Positions 48,078 through 57,574 of a stretch of DNA of 64,000 nt are shown here, piece by piece (within the stretch, counting starts at the first letter, position 1; every line of letters begins with the position of its first letter). The notes under the pieces are model-generated. The model ran no database searches. It was not told the DNA's origin and saw only the letters and a list, made by a program, of their open reading frames with translations. Source of the DNA: Planctomycetota bacterium (GTDB lineage: Bacteria > Planctomycetota > UBA1135 > UBA2386); NCBI GenBank assembly GCA_965223545.1, contig OZ245006.1, positions 3,392,001 through 3,456,000 of the forward strand, given 5' to 3'. A program made the translations under genes and the position numbers.

Positions 48078-49669
48078 CGTCGGTCGACAGCGCGGAGGCC
48101 TCGACCGAGCTGGCGGCAAAGTTCGCGGCGCTGCAGCAGCGTCTGCCGCGCCTCTACCAAGTCATCCATTCCAACCACCCGCGCAAGCACCGCTCGGTGA
48201 TCGTGCCGTCGCTCACCTTCGATCAGGACGAGCTGGCCAAGGTCGCGGGCGTGTCCTTCTACGAAGAGCGGCTGCTGTTCTTCTTGTTGCGACTGCGCGA
48301 CCCGCGCGCGCGCGTCCTCTACATCACCAGCTTGCCGGTCGATCCCGACATCGTGCAGTACTACTTGCACTTGATGGTCGGCATGCCGGCGAGCCACGCC
48401 CAGCGCCGGCTGACGATGCTGTGCGTGCACGATGCCAGCCCGCGGCCGCTGACGCAGAAGGTGCTGGAACGCCCCCGCGTCATGCAACGCATCCGCGACT
48501 GGGTCGGCGATCGACGGTCGGGCTACCTGACCTGCTTCAACAGCACGCTGCTCGAACAAGAGCTCGCGGTGCACTTGGGGATTCCGCTCAACGCCGTCGA
48601 CCCCGCGCTCGCGGCCCTGGGCACCAAGTCCGGCAGCCGTCGGTCGTTCCGCGAAGCCGGGGTCGAGCTGCCGGCCGGACGCGAGGGGGTGCGGACCGAG
48701 GATGACGTCGTCGAGGCATTGGCCGCGCTGCGCGAAGAACGTCCGCGCGCCCGGCGCGCGGTGGTCAAGCTCGACGCGGGCTTCGCGGGCGAGGGCAACG
48801 CGGTGTTCACCTTTCCGCAAGAGCCACCCCGCGACCCGGCGGAGCTGCGCAACACGCTGCGCGCGCAGCTGCCGCTCATGCGCTTCGCCGATGACGCCGA
48901 GGCACCGGCGCGCTTCTTGGCCAAGCTCGCCGAGATGGGGGGCATCGTCGAGGAGTTCGTCGAGGCCACCGAGGTGCACAGCCCGAGCGTGCAGATGCGG
49001 ATCACGCCGACCGGCGACCTGCGCTGCGTCTCGACCCACGACCAGGTGCTCGGCGGCCCCTCCGGACAGGTCTATCTCGGCTGTCGTTTTCCGGCCAACG
49101 ACGAGTACCGCGCACTGATTCTCGACCGCGCGCGCCGCATCGGCGACCTGCTGCGCGAGCGCGGCGTCCTCGGGCGCTTTGCGGTCGACTTCCTCGTCTA
49201 CCGCTCGGCCGACCAGCCGCGCTGGCAGTGCGTGGCCATCGAGATCAACCTGCGGATGACGGGCACGACCTTCCCACTGGTCGCACTGGAGTTCTTGACC
49301 GGCGGCACACTCGACGCGGACTCGGGTGAGTTCATGTCACCGCGCGGTGTGTGCAAGTACTACTTCGCCACCGACACGCTCGCCTCGCCGGCGTACCGCG
49401 GCCTGCTGCCCGAGGACTTCATGGAGATCATGGTCAAGCACGGCCTTCACTTCCGGCCGGCGGACGAGAGCGGCGTCGTCTTCCACATGATCGGTGCCCT
49501 GTCGCAGTTCGGCAAGATCGGCGTCACCTGCATCGCCAACCAACCGGCGGAAGCGGACGCGCTCTACAACCGCACACGCCAAGTCCTGGACACCGAGGCC
49601 GGCGCACCTCCCAACGTCATCGGCCGCATGAGCCCGCTGTTCGACGACTGGCCGCGCGGTATGGACTGA
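48074..49669 (+). CDS. PGM1 (pheganomycin peptide ligase)-related ATP-grasp protein
   Basis: YEERLLF.LL.LRDP, LGTKSGSR, VVKLDAGFAGEGN, SPSVQ, STHDQVLGG, YLGCRFP, AIEINLR.TGTT.P. Confidence 0.85.
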   Translation: MTSVDSAEASTELAAKFAALQQRLPRLYQVIHSNHPRKHRSVIVPSLTFDQDELAKVAGVSFYEERLLFFLLRLRDPRARVLYITSLPVDPDIVQYYLHLMVGMPASHAQRRLTMLCVHDASPRPLTQKVLERPRVMQRIRDWVGDRRSGYLTCFNSTLLEQELAVHLGIPLNAVDPALAALGTKSGSRRSFREAGVELPAGREGVRTEDDVVEALAALREERPRARRAVVKLDAGFAGEGNAVFTFPQEPPRDPAELRNTLRAQLPLMRFADDAEAPARFLAKLAEMGGIVEEFVEATEVHSPSVQMRITPTGDLRCVSTHDQVLGGPSGQVYLGCRFPANDEYRALILDRARRIGDLLRERGVLGRFAVDFLVYRSADQPRWQCVAIEINLRMTGTTFPLVALEFLTGGTLDADSGEFMSPRGVCKYYFATDTLASPAYRGLLPEDFMEIMVKHGLHFRPADESGVVFHMIGALSQFGKIGVTCIANQPAEADALYNRTRQVLDTEAGAPPNVIGRMSPLFDDWPRGMD

Positions 49670-49782
49670 GCCTCAGGGTCCGCGAAACCTTCGCGCGGCA
49701 ACAACCTTTCGGAAGGCTCGATGCCGCTGGAACTTCGACAACGCAGCTCCCGGAGGCTCGAAGACAACACTGGCGTCTGCGC

Positions 49783-52203
49783 TCAGCGGGACCCCGCCGG
49801 CGGATCCTCCACCGCGGCCAAGCACGCGTCCAGCTGCGCGGCGAGGTCGGCGACCACCGGCTCTCGACAGATGCGGTGATGCAAGCCGGCGACGGTGCGC
49901 ACTTCGAACGGTCGCTCCGTCCACCGTTCCCAACCGAGCTGCGGGGACGGCGCCACTCCCACCGGCTGGGTCGCGCCCACGAACAGCACGACGTGACCGT
50001 CGTACGGAACCACGCGGTAGCCGGCCAACGCCTCCTCGTTGGCGGCGCGAATGCGCCGGTTGAGCTCCGGGACGGGCGCCGCCCGGCGGCCGACCACGCC
50101 GGCCACCGCGCCGCGGCAGGCCTTGACCGCCAGCGACCCGACATAGCGCCAGCGGTCGAACCCGCGGCGGAAAGCAAAGCTGCTGGCGCAGTGCTGCAGG
50201 TGGTGCACACAACCGTAGAGCCACTGCCGGCCCGGCCCCGTGCCCGGTGGATACTCGAAGTAGCCCGGCGCCCAGGTGTCCAACAAGCCGACCAGCGAGG
50301 TCCGCTCGCCCTGCGCCAAGAGCTGCTGCGCAATCTCATAGGCGACCACTCCACCAAACGACGCTCCCGCGATCCGGTACGGCCCGTGGGACTGCACTCC
50401 GCGCACGATCTCGAGGTAGTCCGCCGCCATCTCCCGCAGGTCGTGATGCAACGGGGCGCGGCCATCGAGCCCCCGCGGTTGTAGGCAGTAGACCGGCAGG
50501 TCGACCGGCAGACGCCGCACGAGATCCCGGTAGTAGAGCACGTTGCTCGCGATGTGATGGATCAAGAACAACGGGGGGCGCGCGCCCGTGGTGCGCGCCG
50601 CCACCAGCGGCGCCCGCGAACCGAGCTCGCCGGCGGGTCTCGGTGCGCGCGCCCGCCGGTCCAACGCCGCGACGATGCCGGTCACCGTGGGCGCCGAGAA
50701 CAGGACACCCAGCGGCACCGCGACGCCGGTCTCCGCCTCGATGCGGGCCAGGGCCGACAGCGCGACGCGCGACGAACCGCCCAACGCCGTCAAGTCCTCG
50801 TCGACCGCCACCTCCACCACCCCCAACGCCTCCGCCCAGATCCGGGCGACCAACGCGTGCCGGTCTTCGCGCCGCGCAGCTTCGTGGATGGAGACGTGCC
50901 GCGGCGCGCCAGCGAGGTCGCCTACCGCAACCGCCGGTGCCGCGCAGCCCTCGTCGAGCACCCGTCCCACGAGGGCCGCGAGCTCCTGCACCGCGGCGTC
51001 GTCGAAGTGGGCGGGAGCATGCACGGCGATCCGCAGGCCCGCGGGCCCGTCGTCCACTTGCAACGTCAGCGCCGCAACGGCGCCGGCTGCGGCGAACGCG
51101 AACGGCCGCCAACCGCGCGGTAGGGGACTCGTCGGCCGAGCCTCGGAATGAAAGACAAGCCACGCCGTACACGGCTCGGGATCGACGCCGGCACCGTCGC
51201 GCAGCGCGTCGATGACCATGCTCCACGGCACATCCTGATAGGGATGGGAGCGGTAGTAGGCCCGCCCCGTGGCGGCCACCAGATCGCCGAAGGCGATCGC
51301 GTCCTCCAGCTCGCCAACCAGAGCAACGGTGTTGGTGAACGTTCCGACGACTGCCTCGCTGCGGACGTCGCGACCGGCGACGGGCGTGGCCAACGCGATT
51401 CGGCTGCCCGCTCCGGCAGCGCGCAGCGCGACCTGCCAGGCCGCGGCAAAGGTGGCGAACGGAGTTACGCGGCGGGCACGCGCCAGCGCGGCCACCGCGC
51501 CAGCGGTCGACGGCGCGAGCCGCACCGCAACGCGCAGCGGACCGCCAGGCGATGCGCTGGTGCGCAGCCCGGCGCGCTGCACGCCGGGACGCAGCTGCCG
51601 CACCCAGTGGTCGAGGTGCCCGGGGTCCACGCGCGCGGAACGGTTCGCACGCGCGAAGGCCAGATAGCTCTGCGCCGGCGCGGGCCGGAGCGGCGTACGA
51701 CCCGCGACGCACTCTCCGTAGGCGAACACCAAGTCGTCCGTGAGCAGCCGCAGCGACCAGGCATCGGCAGCGATGGCGTGCACCACGATCAGTAGTGCGT
51801 GCGCTCCTCCGTCGAGCGCATCCACGCGCCACCGCCACGGCGGGCCGCCGTCGAGGGCGATGGGCGCGGCCAACGCCGCGGACCACGACCGCTCCAGCTC
51901 CGCCTGTGAGCGCCTCGGTCCGCCGACACCCTCGTCCGCGGGAACCACCGCCCCGCCATCCCACTGCCGCGGCTCGCCCGGCGCCCCGCCGACTCGAAGA
52001 CGCAGCGCGTCGTGCCGTTCCACCAACCACAGCAACGCTCGCCGCAGGGCGCCGACATCCAACCGCCCCTCGATGTAGAGACCGATGGGCCGGTTGTGGA
52101 TCTCGGGCGCCGCCGCCTCCTGCAAGTGCCGCCACACCAAGTCCTGCGCCCACGACAAGGGGGCCGCGCCATCGGCTGCCTGATCCACGGTGCGGTCTCG
52201 CAC
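49783..52203 (-). CDS. NRPS-like condensation-PCP-thioesterase protein lacking an adenylation domain
   Basis: C motifs LSWAQ, RHDALR, VHAIAADAWS, TPVAGR, VGTFTNT; PCP DLTALGGSS; TE GPYRIAGASFGG..LLDT; GTG start is a guess. Confidence 0.85.
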   Translation of the reverse strand: MRDRTVDQAADGAAPLSWAQDLVWRHLQEAAAPEIHNRPIGLYIEGRLDVGALRRALLWLVERHDALRLRVGGAPGEPRQWDGGAVVPADEGVGGPRRSQAELERSWSAALAAPIALDGGPPWRWRVDALDGGAHALLIVVHAIAADAWSLRLLTDDLVFAYGECVAGRTPLRPAPAQSYLAFARANRSARVDPGHLDHWVRQLRPGVQRAGLRTSASPGGPLRVAVRLAPSTAGAVAALARARRVTPFATFAAAWQVALRAAGAGSRIALATPVAGRDVRSEAVVGTFTNTVALVGELEDAIAFGDLVAATGRAYYRSHPYQDVPWSMVIDALRDGAGVDPEPCTAWLVFHSEARPTSPLPRGWRPFAFAAAGAVAALTLQVDDGPAGLRIAVHAPAHFDDAAVQELAALVGRVLDEGCAAPAVAVGDLAGAPRHVSIHEAARREDRHALVARIWAEALGVVEVAVDEDLTALGGSSRVALSALARIEAETGVAVPLGVLFSAPTVTGIVAALDRRARAPRPAGELGSRAPLVAARTTGARPPLFLIHHIASNVLYYRDLVRRLPVDLPVYCLQPRGLDGRAPLHHDLREMAADYLEIVRGVQSHGPYRIAGASFGGVVAYEIAQQLLAQGERTSLVGLLDTWAPGYFEYPPGTGPGRQWLYGCVHHLQHCASSFAFRRGFDRWRYVGSLAVKACRGAVAGVVGRRAAPVPELNRRIRAANEEALAGYRVVPYDGHVVLFVGATQPVGVAPSPQLGWERWTERPFEVRTVAGLHHRICREPVVADLAAQLDACLAAVEDPPAGSR

Positions 52204-52270
52204 GCCTTCACCGTAGCAGCTCACGGCGACCGCGCCGCCCCACGGCGCGCGCACGCCGTAGACTGCAGCA

Positions 52271-53596
52271 GTGCCCTCGGATCCCCCGCCCGCGCCTCCG
52301 CCGCGCCCAGCGCCCGCGGAGCACGAACGCCTGGCCGGTTTGGCGCGGCGCTTCGGCACTCCTCTCTATGTCATCGATGAGGCCACGCTCCGCGCCAACG
52401 CGCGCAGCGCACGCGCGGCGCTCCAAGCGGCGGCCGACGACGTCGAGGTCTACTTCTCGTACAAGACCAACCCGCTGCTGGCAGTGCTGCGCATCCTGCG
52501 CGACGAGGGGCTCGGCGCCGAGGTCATCTCCGCGCACGAGGCCTGGCTCGCCCAACAGGTCGGGGTCCCGGCCGAGCGCGTGATCGTCAACGGCCCGGTC
52601 AAGCCGCCGGCGCTCCTCGAACACGCCCTCCAGCACCGCACCCGCGCGGTTTTCGTCGACTCGACCGATGAGCTCGAGACGCTGATCGCCCTCGCCGGCA
52701 CGCGCCCCCGACCGCTGCCGGTCGGCCTCCGCATCGCGCCGCGCATGGGCTGGCGCGCGCACTTCGGCTTCACTCCCACCGCGGCGCTGACCGCGGCGTC
52801 CGTGATCCGCGCCAGCCCGGCTCTCGAGTTGGCCGGCCTCTCGGTGCACCTCGGCACCAACATCGGCACCACCGCGCCGTACGAACGCGCCGTGCGCGAC
52901 CTGGTCGCCCTGATGGCGGAGCTGCGCCCGCGCGGTGCACCGATTCGAATGCTGGATCTGGGTGGCGGCTTCGGCGTCCCGGCGGTGCGCTCCCTGCGCC
53001 GCACGCAGCGCTGGCGCCTCAAACTCCGCGGCCGACTGCCACCTCTCGCCTCTCACCCACACCCGCCGACCGCGCCCGAGTTCGCGGCCGCGATCCGCAC
53101 CGCCCTGCGCACCGCGCTCGCCCGGCACGCAATCCCCGAACCCACCCTCCTGTTCGAACCGGGCCGGCTGGTGACCTCCTCGGCGCAGACCCTGCTGGCC
53201 CGCGTGCACGCCGTCAAGCACACAGCGGGCACGCCGACGGCCGTGACCGACGTCGGCGCCATGTGTGTGGCACCGATCCTGGCCAAAGAAGAACACCGCA
53301 TCGAGAAGATCGGCGCCGGCCCGCCGGGAACGCGGCGCCAGCACCACATCGTCGGCCCGCTTTGCACGCCCGCCGACCGCCTACCGGTTCCCGCGTGGCT
53401 CCCACCGCTGCAAGCCGGCGATCTCTTGGCCATCGCGGACGCCGGAGCGTACTTCACTCCGACCGAGAATCGGTTCGGGCCACCGCCACCGGCCTGCGTA
53501 ATGGTCGGGCCGGATGGCGAGGCGTGTTTGGTGCGCCGGCAGGAAAGCGACGACGACCGAGTGGTGACCCAGCAACAGGAACCCCGCGCGCCTTAG
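52271..53596 (+). CDS. PLP-dependent group IV decarboxylase (diaminopimelate decarboxylase-like)
   Basis: FGTPLYVIDE, FSYKTN, HLGT, LDLGGGFG, FEPGR, VGPLCTPAD, DAGAY. Confidence 0.9.
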   Translation: MPSDPPPAPPPRPAPAEHERLAGLARRFGTPLYVIDEATLRANARSARAALQAAADDVEVYFSYKTNPLLAVLRILRDEGLGAEVISAHEAWLAQQVGVPAERVIVNGPVKPPALLEHALQHRTRAVFVDSTDELETLIALAGTRPRPLPVGLRIAPRMGWRAHFGFTPTAALTAASVIRASPALELAGLSVHLGTNIGTTAPYERAVRDLVALMAELRPRGAPIRMLDLGGGFGVPAVRSLRRTQRWRLKLRGRLPPLASHPHPPTAPEFAAAIRTALRTALARHAIPEPTLLFEPGRLVTSSAQTLLARVHAVKHTAGTPTAVTDVGAMCVAPILAKEEHRIEKIGAGPPGTRRQHHIVGPLCTPADRLPVPAWLPPLQAGDLLAIADAGAYFTPTENRFGPPPPACVMVGPDGEACLVRRQESDDDRVVTQQQEPRAP

Positions 53597-53601
53597 ATCG
53601 A

Positions 53602-56007
53602 TCATCGCAACCGATCGACCACGACGACGACCGTCTCTGTGTGCCCCGGCTCGACAGATCCCTTGGCCACGAAGTCACCAACGATTCGATCGACGTCGCG
53701 GCCGGGGGTCGCACTGAGCTCGAATGGGCCCGACATCACCGGCACGGAAACCCTCCCGGTTGCTCCGGTCATCAGCCCCGAGAGCCACCGCCGCTCGGCG
53801 CCGGTGTAGACATCCAACGGAAGCGCTGGCACGGCCTGTCCGTCCGCATCCTCGACCAGAATCTCCAACTTCGCGTCGAACGGGTTGCTGACCACCACGG
53901 GATCTCCGGTGGGCACTTCGAACCCTACTTCGACGGGCTCGGCGCAGCCTTCGAATACCGCAGCGACACGGTAGCTTCCTGGAAACAGGTGCGTCAGCTC
54001 ATAGGAGCCCGCGCACGCGACGGCGGGGCCACCGCACCTCCAGCCACTCCCACCGAGTCCGGCGAAGTCGGAACCCATCAAGAACAACCGCGCGTCCGCC
54101 GCCTGGCCCTTGCTGTCCGTCGTTCGCACAGTGACAGAATGCTCACCCAGGGCCAGGTCCACACTGTCATCGCCCGCCGGCGGCGGAACGAACCAATGCA
54201 CTCCATTCACCACGAGCCGGAGCGCCGCTGCAGTCCCCAGCGCCTCCCGCTTCGCGGGCACCGCAAATTCACCAAACTCCCGTGTCGTCGCTACGGATCC
54301 CTGAAACGAAACCTGGACGCCAGGAACGCCGGAGTTCCCCCGAACGACTCGCCCTCGAATCACGCTCGCCTCCTTCATCGTGATTTCCGTCAGGTCCAGC
54401 CAGCTGCTGCGGCCTGCCACCACTTCAATGCGGGCCAACTCGCACCAGGCTCCATCGCTCGCGTTCCGTGGAATCTCGTACACCGTGTACCAACCCGGCT
54501 GGGCTGCCGTCAGCATGAATCTCCCGTCCGCTCCAATGACGGCAGCTCTACGCACCCCACCTTCATCGCGCGCAAACACCAAGCAGTACCAGGAACTCGG
54601 GTGCAGGCCAATGACCGCTCCTCCCCGATCCAATCGAAAGTCGACGACACGCTCTTCGGCAGTCAGACTGAGCGGCCCTTGCAGGGCGCGCTCCAACCCC
54701 GGCGACTCAACAACCGCCAAGTATGCGCCGTCCTTCAAGGCCGGGACTCCGTAGGCACCTTCCGAGTCTGTCACAGCCTCGGTCCATTCTCCGAATTCGA
54801 ACATCTGCTCGCCTTCCACCGGCACACCCAGGCGTTCCTCGATGCGCTCCAACCCAGTTCTCTCGCCCCACCGCCGCACGCGCACGCTGGCGCCCTCCAC
54901 GGGCTCACCGTCAGGGCCACGGACCACCCCCGTCATCGACGCTCCAGCGATCACCGCTACGACGACGTCGCGCTGTTCGCCCGCCTCGATCTCGACGAAA
55001 TCCACCGATGGCTTCACCTCGAACACTCCTTCTCGCCTGTCGACACCCGTGAGAGTGAACCAACCAGCCGGCAACTCCAAAGTTGCAGCTCCGTCTACCA
55101 TGGGCGCCTGCCAACTGACGCCGGCCTCCTCGGCGCGATGCGGCAACGCGACGACGCCAGTGCAAGGCGCGCTGCCCGCTGCGAGTCGCACCTTCAGCAC
55201 GCCAGGTTCCGCCAATGTGACCGGCCAGGCTTTGATGCCCTCCTGCACTCGCTGAACGCTGCTTGCGTGCAGCGTTTCGATCACTCGCATGCCCACGCGA
55301 TGGCCAGATCTAGCCAAGATGACGCCGTCCCGCATGATCACGCCATCGAGGCGCACGGATCCCGGCACTACACTCTCCAACCTCGCGAACCCGGAGAACG
55401 CCCGGTGGGACCAGGGCATCGCATTCCCGTGCACTTCGATACTCGCCCGATCAGCTCTTGGCCCCCGCACATGCACGACCAAACCGCTCATCGCGGGCCT
55501 CTCGGTCACGCGCACGACATGGCGGTTGTCTGATTCCCGCAACAACCACTCGGCACGCCCAACGCGCCCGTCGGAAGTGCGCGCGACGACGGTGTAGACC
55601 CCAACCGCCAAGCCATCGATCCGAAAGCTGCCGTCCTGAGTACTGCGTGCCCTCCTGTCCTGGCCATCTCCGCGGGAGCCAAATGGCCCCAGGACCACGT
55701 CGACGTCTTCCACCGCACGCCCGCTGTGGTCCTCGACACGCCCCGTAAGCGACGCAAGCACACCTTCGACGATCCAAGGGATCGGCCTGCTCTCCCCGGC
55801 GGCGTCGACTGCCGACACCCGCGTGTTCTCCACGGCCTGCTCCGTCGGCAGCTGCTCTTCCAGCACCTGGTCAGCCACAGTCGCAACCTTGTCGGTCGCA
55901 TCCTGTGCCAGCTCAGGTGGGCGCTCACCGATCAACCCCCAGACTCCGATCAAAACAACCAGAACCACCATGGATGCCGCCGCGAACCACAGGAACTGCG
56001 CTCTCAT
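53602..56007 (-). CDS. Membrane-anchored carboxypeptidase-regulatory-like repeat protein
   Basis: N-terminal TM; LTGRVEDHSGRAV, MTGVVRGPDGEPVEGASV, TDSEGAY repeats. Confidence 0.72.
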   Translation of the reverse strand: MRAQFLWFAAASMVVLVVLIGVWGLIGERPPELAQDATDKVATVADQVLEEQLPTEQAVENTRVSAVDAAGESRPIPWIVEGVLASLTGRVEDHSGRAVEDVDVVLGPFGSRGDGQDRRARSTQDGSFRIDGLAVGVYTVVARTSDGRVGRAEWLLRESDNRHVVRVTERPAMSGLVVHVRGPRADRASIEVHGNAMPWSHRAFSGFARLESVVPGSVRLDGVIMRDGVILARSGHRVGMRVIETLHASSVQRVQEGIKAWPVTLAEPGVLKVRLAAGSAPCTGVVALPHRAEEAGVSWQAPMVDGAATLELPAGWFTLTGVDRREGVFEVKPSVDFVEIEAGEQRDVVVAVIAGASMTGVVRGPDGEPVEGASVRVRRWGERTGLERIEERLGVPVEGEQMFEFGEWTEAVTDSEGAYGVPALKDGAYLAVVESPGLERALQGPLSLTAEERVVDFRLDRGGAVIGLHPSSWYCLVFARDEGGVRRAAVIGADGRFMLTAAQPGWYTVYEIPRNASDGAWCELARIEVVAGRSSWLDLTEITMKEASVIRGRVVRGNSGVPGVQVSFQGSVATTREFGEFAVPAKREALGTAAALRLVVNGVHWFVPPPAGDDSVDLALGEHSVTVRTTDSKGQAADARLFLMGSDFAGLGGSGWRCGGPAVACAGSYELTHLFPGSYRVAAVFEGCAEPVEVGFEVPTGDPVVVSNPFDAKLEILVEDADGQAVPALPLDVYTGAERRWLSGLMTGATGRVSVPVMSGPFELSATPGRDVDRIVGDFVAKGSVEPGHTETVVVVVDRLR

Positions 56008-56021
56008 TGTCTTACCTCGTC

Positions 56022-57515
56022 CTATGTGTTTTTACCTGACGACGTGCCTGGCAAGACGCTCGAAATAGCAGCACACGCATCGCGGTAACGCTCTGCGGTG
56101 CGGGCCACTCCCCATTGCAGCAGGAAGGAACGCGGCGCGCCGGCGGCGCTCGGCGGTCGCCACCAGCCGCGCGCGGCGCCCGCAGCGGCCACGCGACCCA
56201 GACTCGCAGCGCTCCACTCACCGACCGTCACCCGCGCACGCGCGGCCAGCGGCGCATGCGCGCGCACGAAATCCTCGTAGTCAGCGCGGCTGTGCGCGCC
56301 CAGCTGCGCGGGCCCGCGCAGTGCGGAGCCGCCGCCCCACTTGCGCTGGCCGAACAGCGCGTCGGCGACGCCGGCGTCGCGGAGAATGCGGCGCGCGATC
56401 GGCCGGTCGTAGCGGCCGCCGATGCGCGCGGGTCGCATCGCTTCGGCCCGCGCCAGCGCGGTGATCGCGGCGGCCCACTGCGCGCCGTAGTGCAAGGGCG
56501 CGAGCTGGATCGCCGGCAGGGCGAGGCCGAACTCGGTGAAGCCGACGCCGCCGAGGCCGCCGAAGGTGCGTTGCGCCAGGTCGGGGCGCAGCCGGGGCTC
56601 GAGGCCGAGGATGTCGTCGCCGAAGATGCCGGTGAGCACCAGCCGGCCGCGCAGCACGTCTTCGAACGAGGCGAAGCCGACCGGAGCGCCGCGGGGGTTG
56701 ACGGCGAACTGGGCCTCGGGGAGATCGCGGCGGTCGCGGTAGGCGTCGCGCGGCCGACCGACCACCTCGAGACCGAGCGCGGCGCCGACGTCAGCGCCAC
56801 TGTCCGCCGGCACGTCGTCGTAGGTGAACGCTTGTCGGAGCCCGTATGGTCGCGCCAGCGCGGCGACGGCGTTGCAGTCGTAGCCGGCGGACAGGGTGGC
56901 GATTGGCTCGTAGCGCCGCTGGCGGCCGGCGGCCACGGCGTTGTCCAGCACGCGGCCGATGCAGGCGGAGAGTTCCGCGATGTACGCGTCGACATCGCCG
57001 GGCACCGGCGGCTGTCGCTTGCGCTGCCACGCCGGCGGCGAAGGCGGCGCAAAGACCACGTTGACGAACTCGAACAGCTGCAGCTGCCCGCGATGGGTCG
57101 GCACGGAGCGCTCACCGCGGTAGATCCCCGCGCGCACTTGGGCCAAGTGGTCGAGGGCATAGCGATCGCGCTCGATGCAGAGTGCGTCGCCGGCAGCGCA
57201 GAGCGCGAACACCGACGAGTTGGAGATCCACCATCGCTGCGCGTCGCCGGCGACATAGAGCCGATCGCACAAGTTGCTCCCGGCAGCCGCCCACAGAGCG
57301 CCGTCGCGCAGCTCCAACGCGGTGCCGGCGAGCAGCACGGCATCGACCGGGGACGAATCCGCGAAAGGCCCGTCCCAGACTCCGGCGACCAAGCCGTTGG
57401 CGCGCCGCTCCACCGCTGCGCCGTGGGTGACGTGGACCGTGGCATCGCCGTCTTGCAGCTGCGCACACCAGGCCAGCGGCGGCAACGTCGGACAGAGCTC
57501 GAGGACCAAGCGCAC
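56022..57515 (-). CDS. Hypothetical protein with asparagine-synthetase-like PP-loop
   Basis: ATLSAGYDCNAVAAL (LSxGxD-like), LTGIFGDD, YDRPIARRIL. Confidence 0.55.
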   Translation of the reverse strand: MRLVLELCPTLPPLAWCAQLQDGDATVHVTHGAAVERRANGLVAGVWDGPFADSSPVDAVLLAGTALELRDGALWAAAGSNLCDRLYVAGDAQRWWISNSSVFALCAAGDALCIERDRYALDHLAQVRAGIYRGERSVPTHRGQLQLFEFVNVVFAPPSPPAWQRKRQPPVPGDVDAYIAELSACIGRVLDNAVAAGRQRRYEPIATLSAGYDCNAVAALARPYGLRQAFTYDDVPADSGADVGAALGLEVVGRPRDAYRDRRDLPEAQFAVNPRGAPVGFASFEDVLRGRLVLTGIFGDDILGLEPRLRPDLAQRTFGGLGGVGFTEFGLALPAIQLAPLHYGAQWAAAITALARAEAMRPARIGGRYDRPIARRILRDAGVADALFGQRKWGGGSALRGPAQLGAHSRADYEDFVRAHAPLAARARVTVGEWSAASLGRVAAAGAARGWWRPPSAAGAPRSFLLQWGVARTAERYRDACAAISSVLPGTSSGKNT

Positions 57516-57574
57516 GGACGGATCGGCCCAGCATAGCGAAGGCCGCCGCTGGTAGACTGGACGTTCGAGCAGAC

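Noticed and set aside
49670..49880. Small ORF from ATG 49721 as a precursor peptide for the ATP-grasp ligase
   Set aside because: No clear RBS, runs antisense into the NRPS TE end, no precursor-like features
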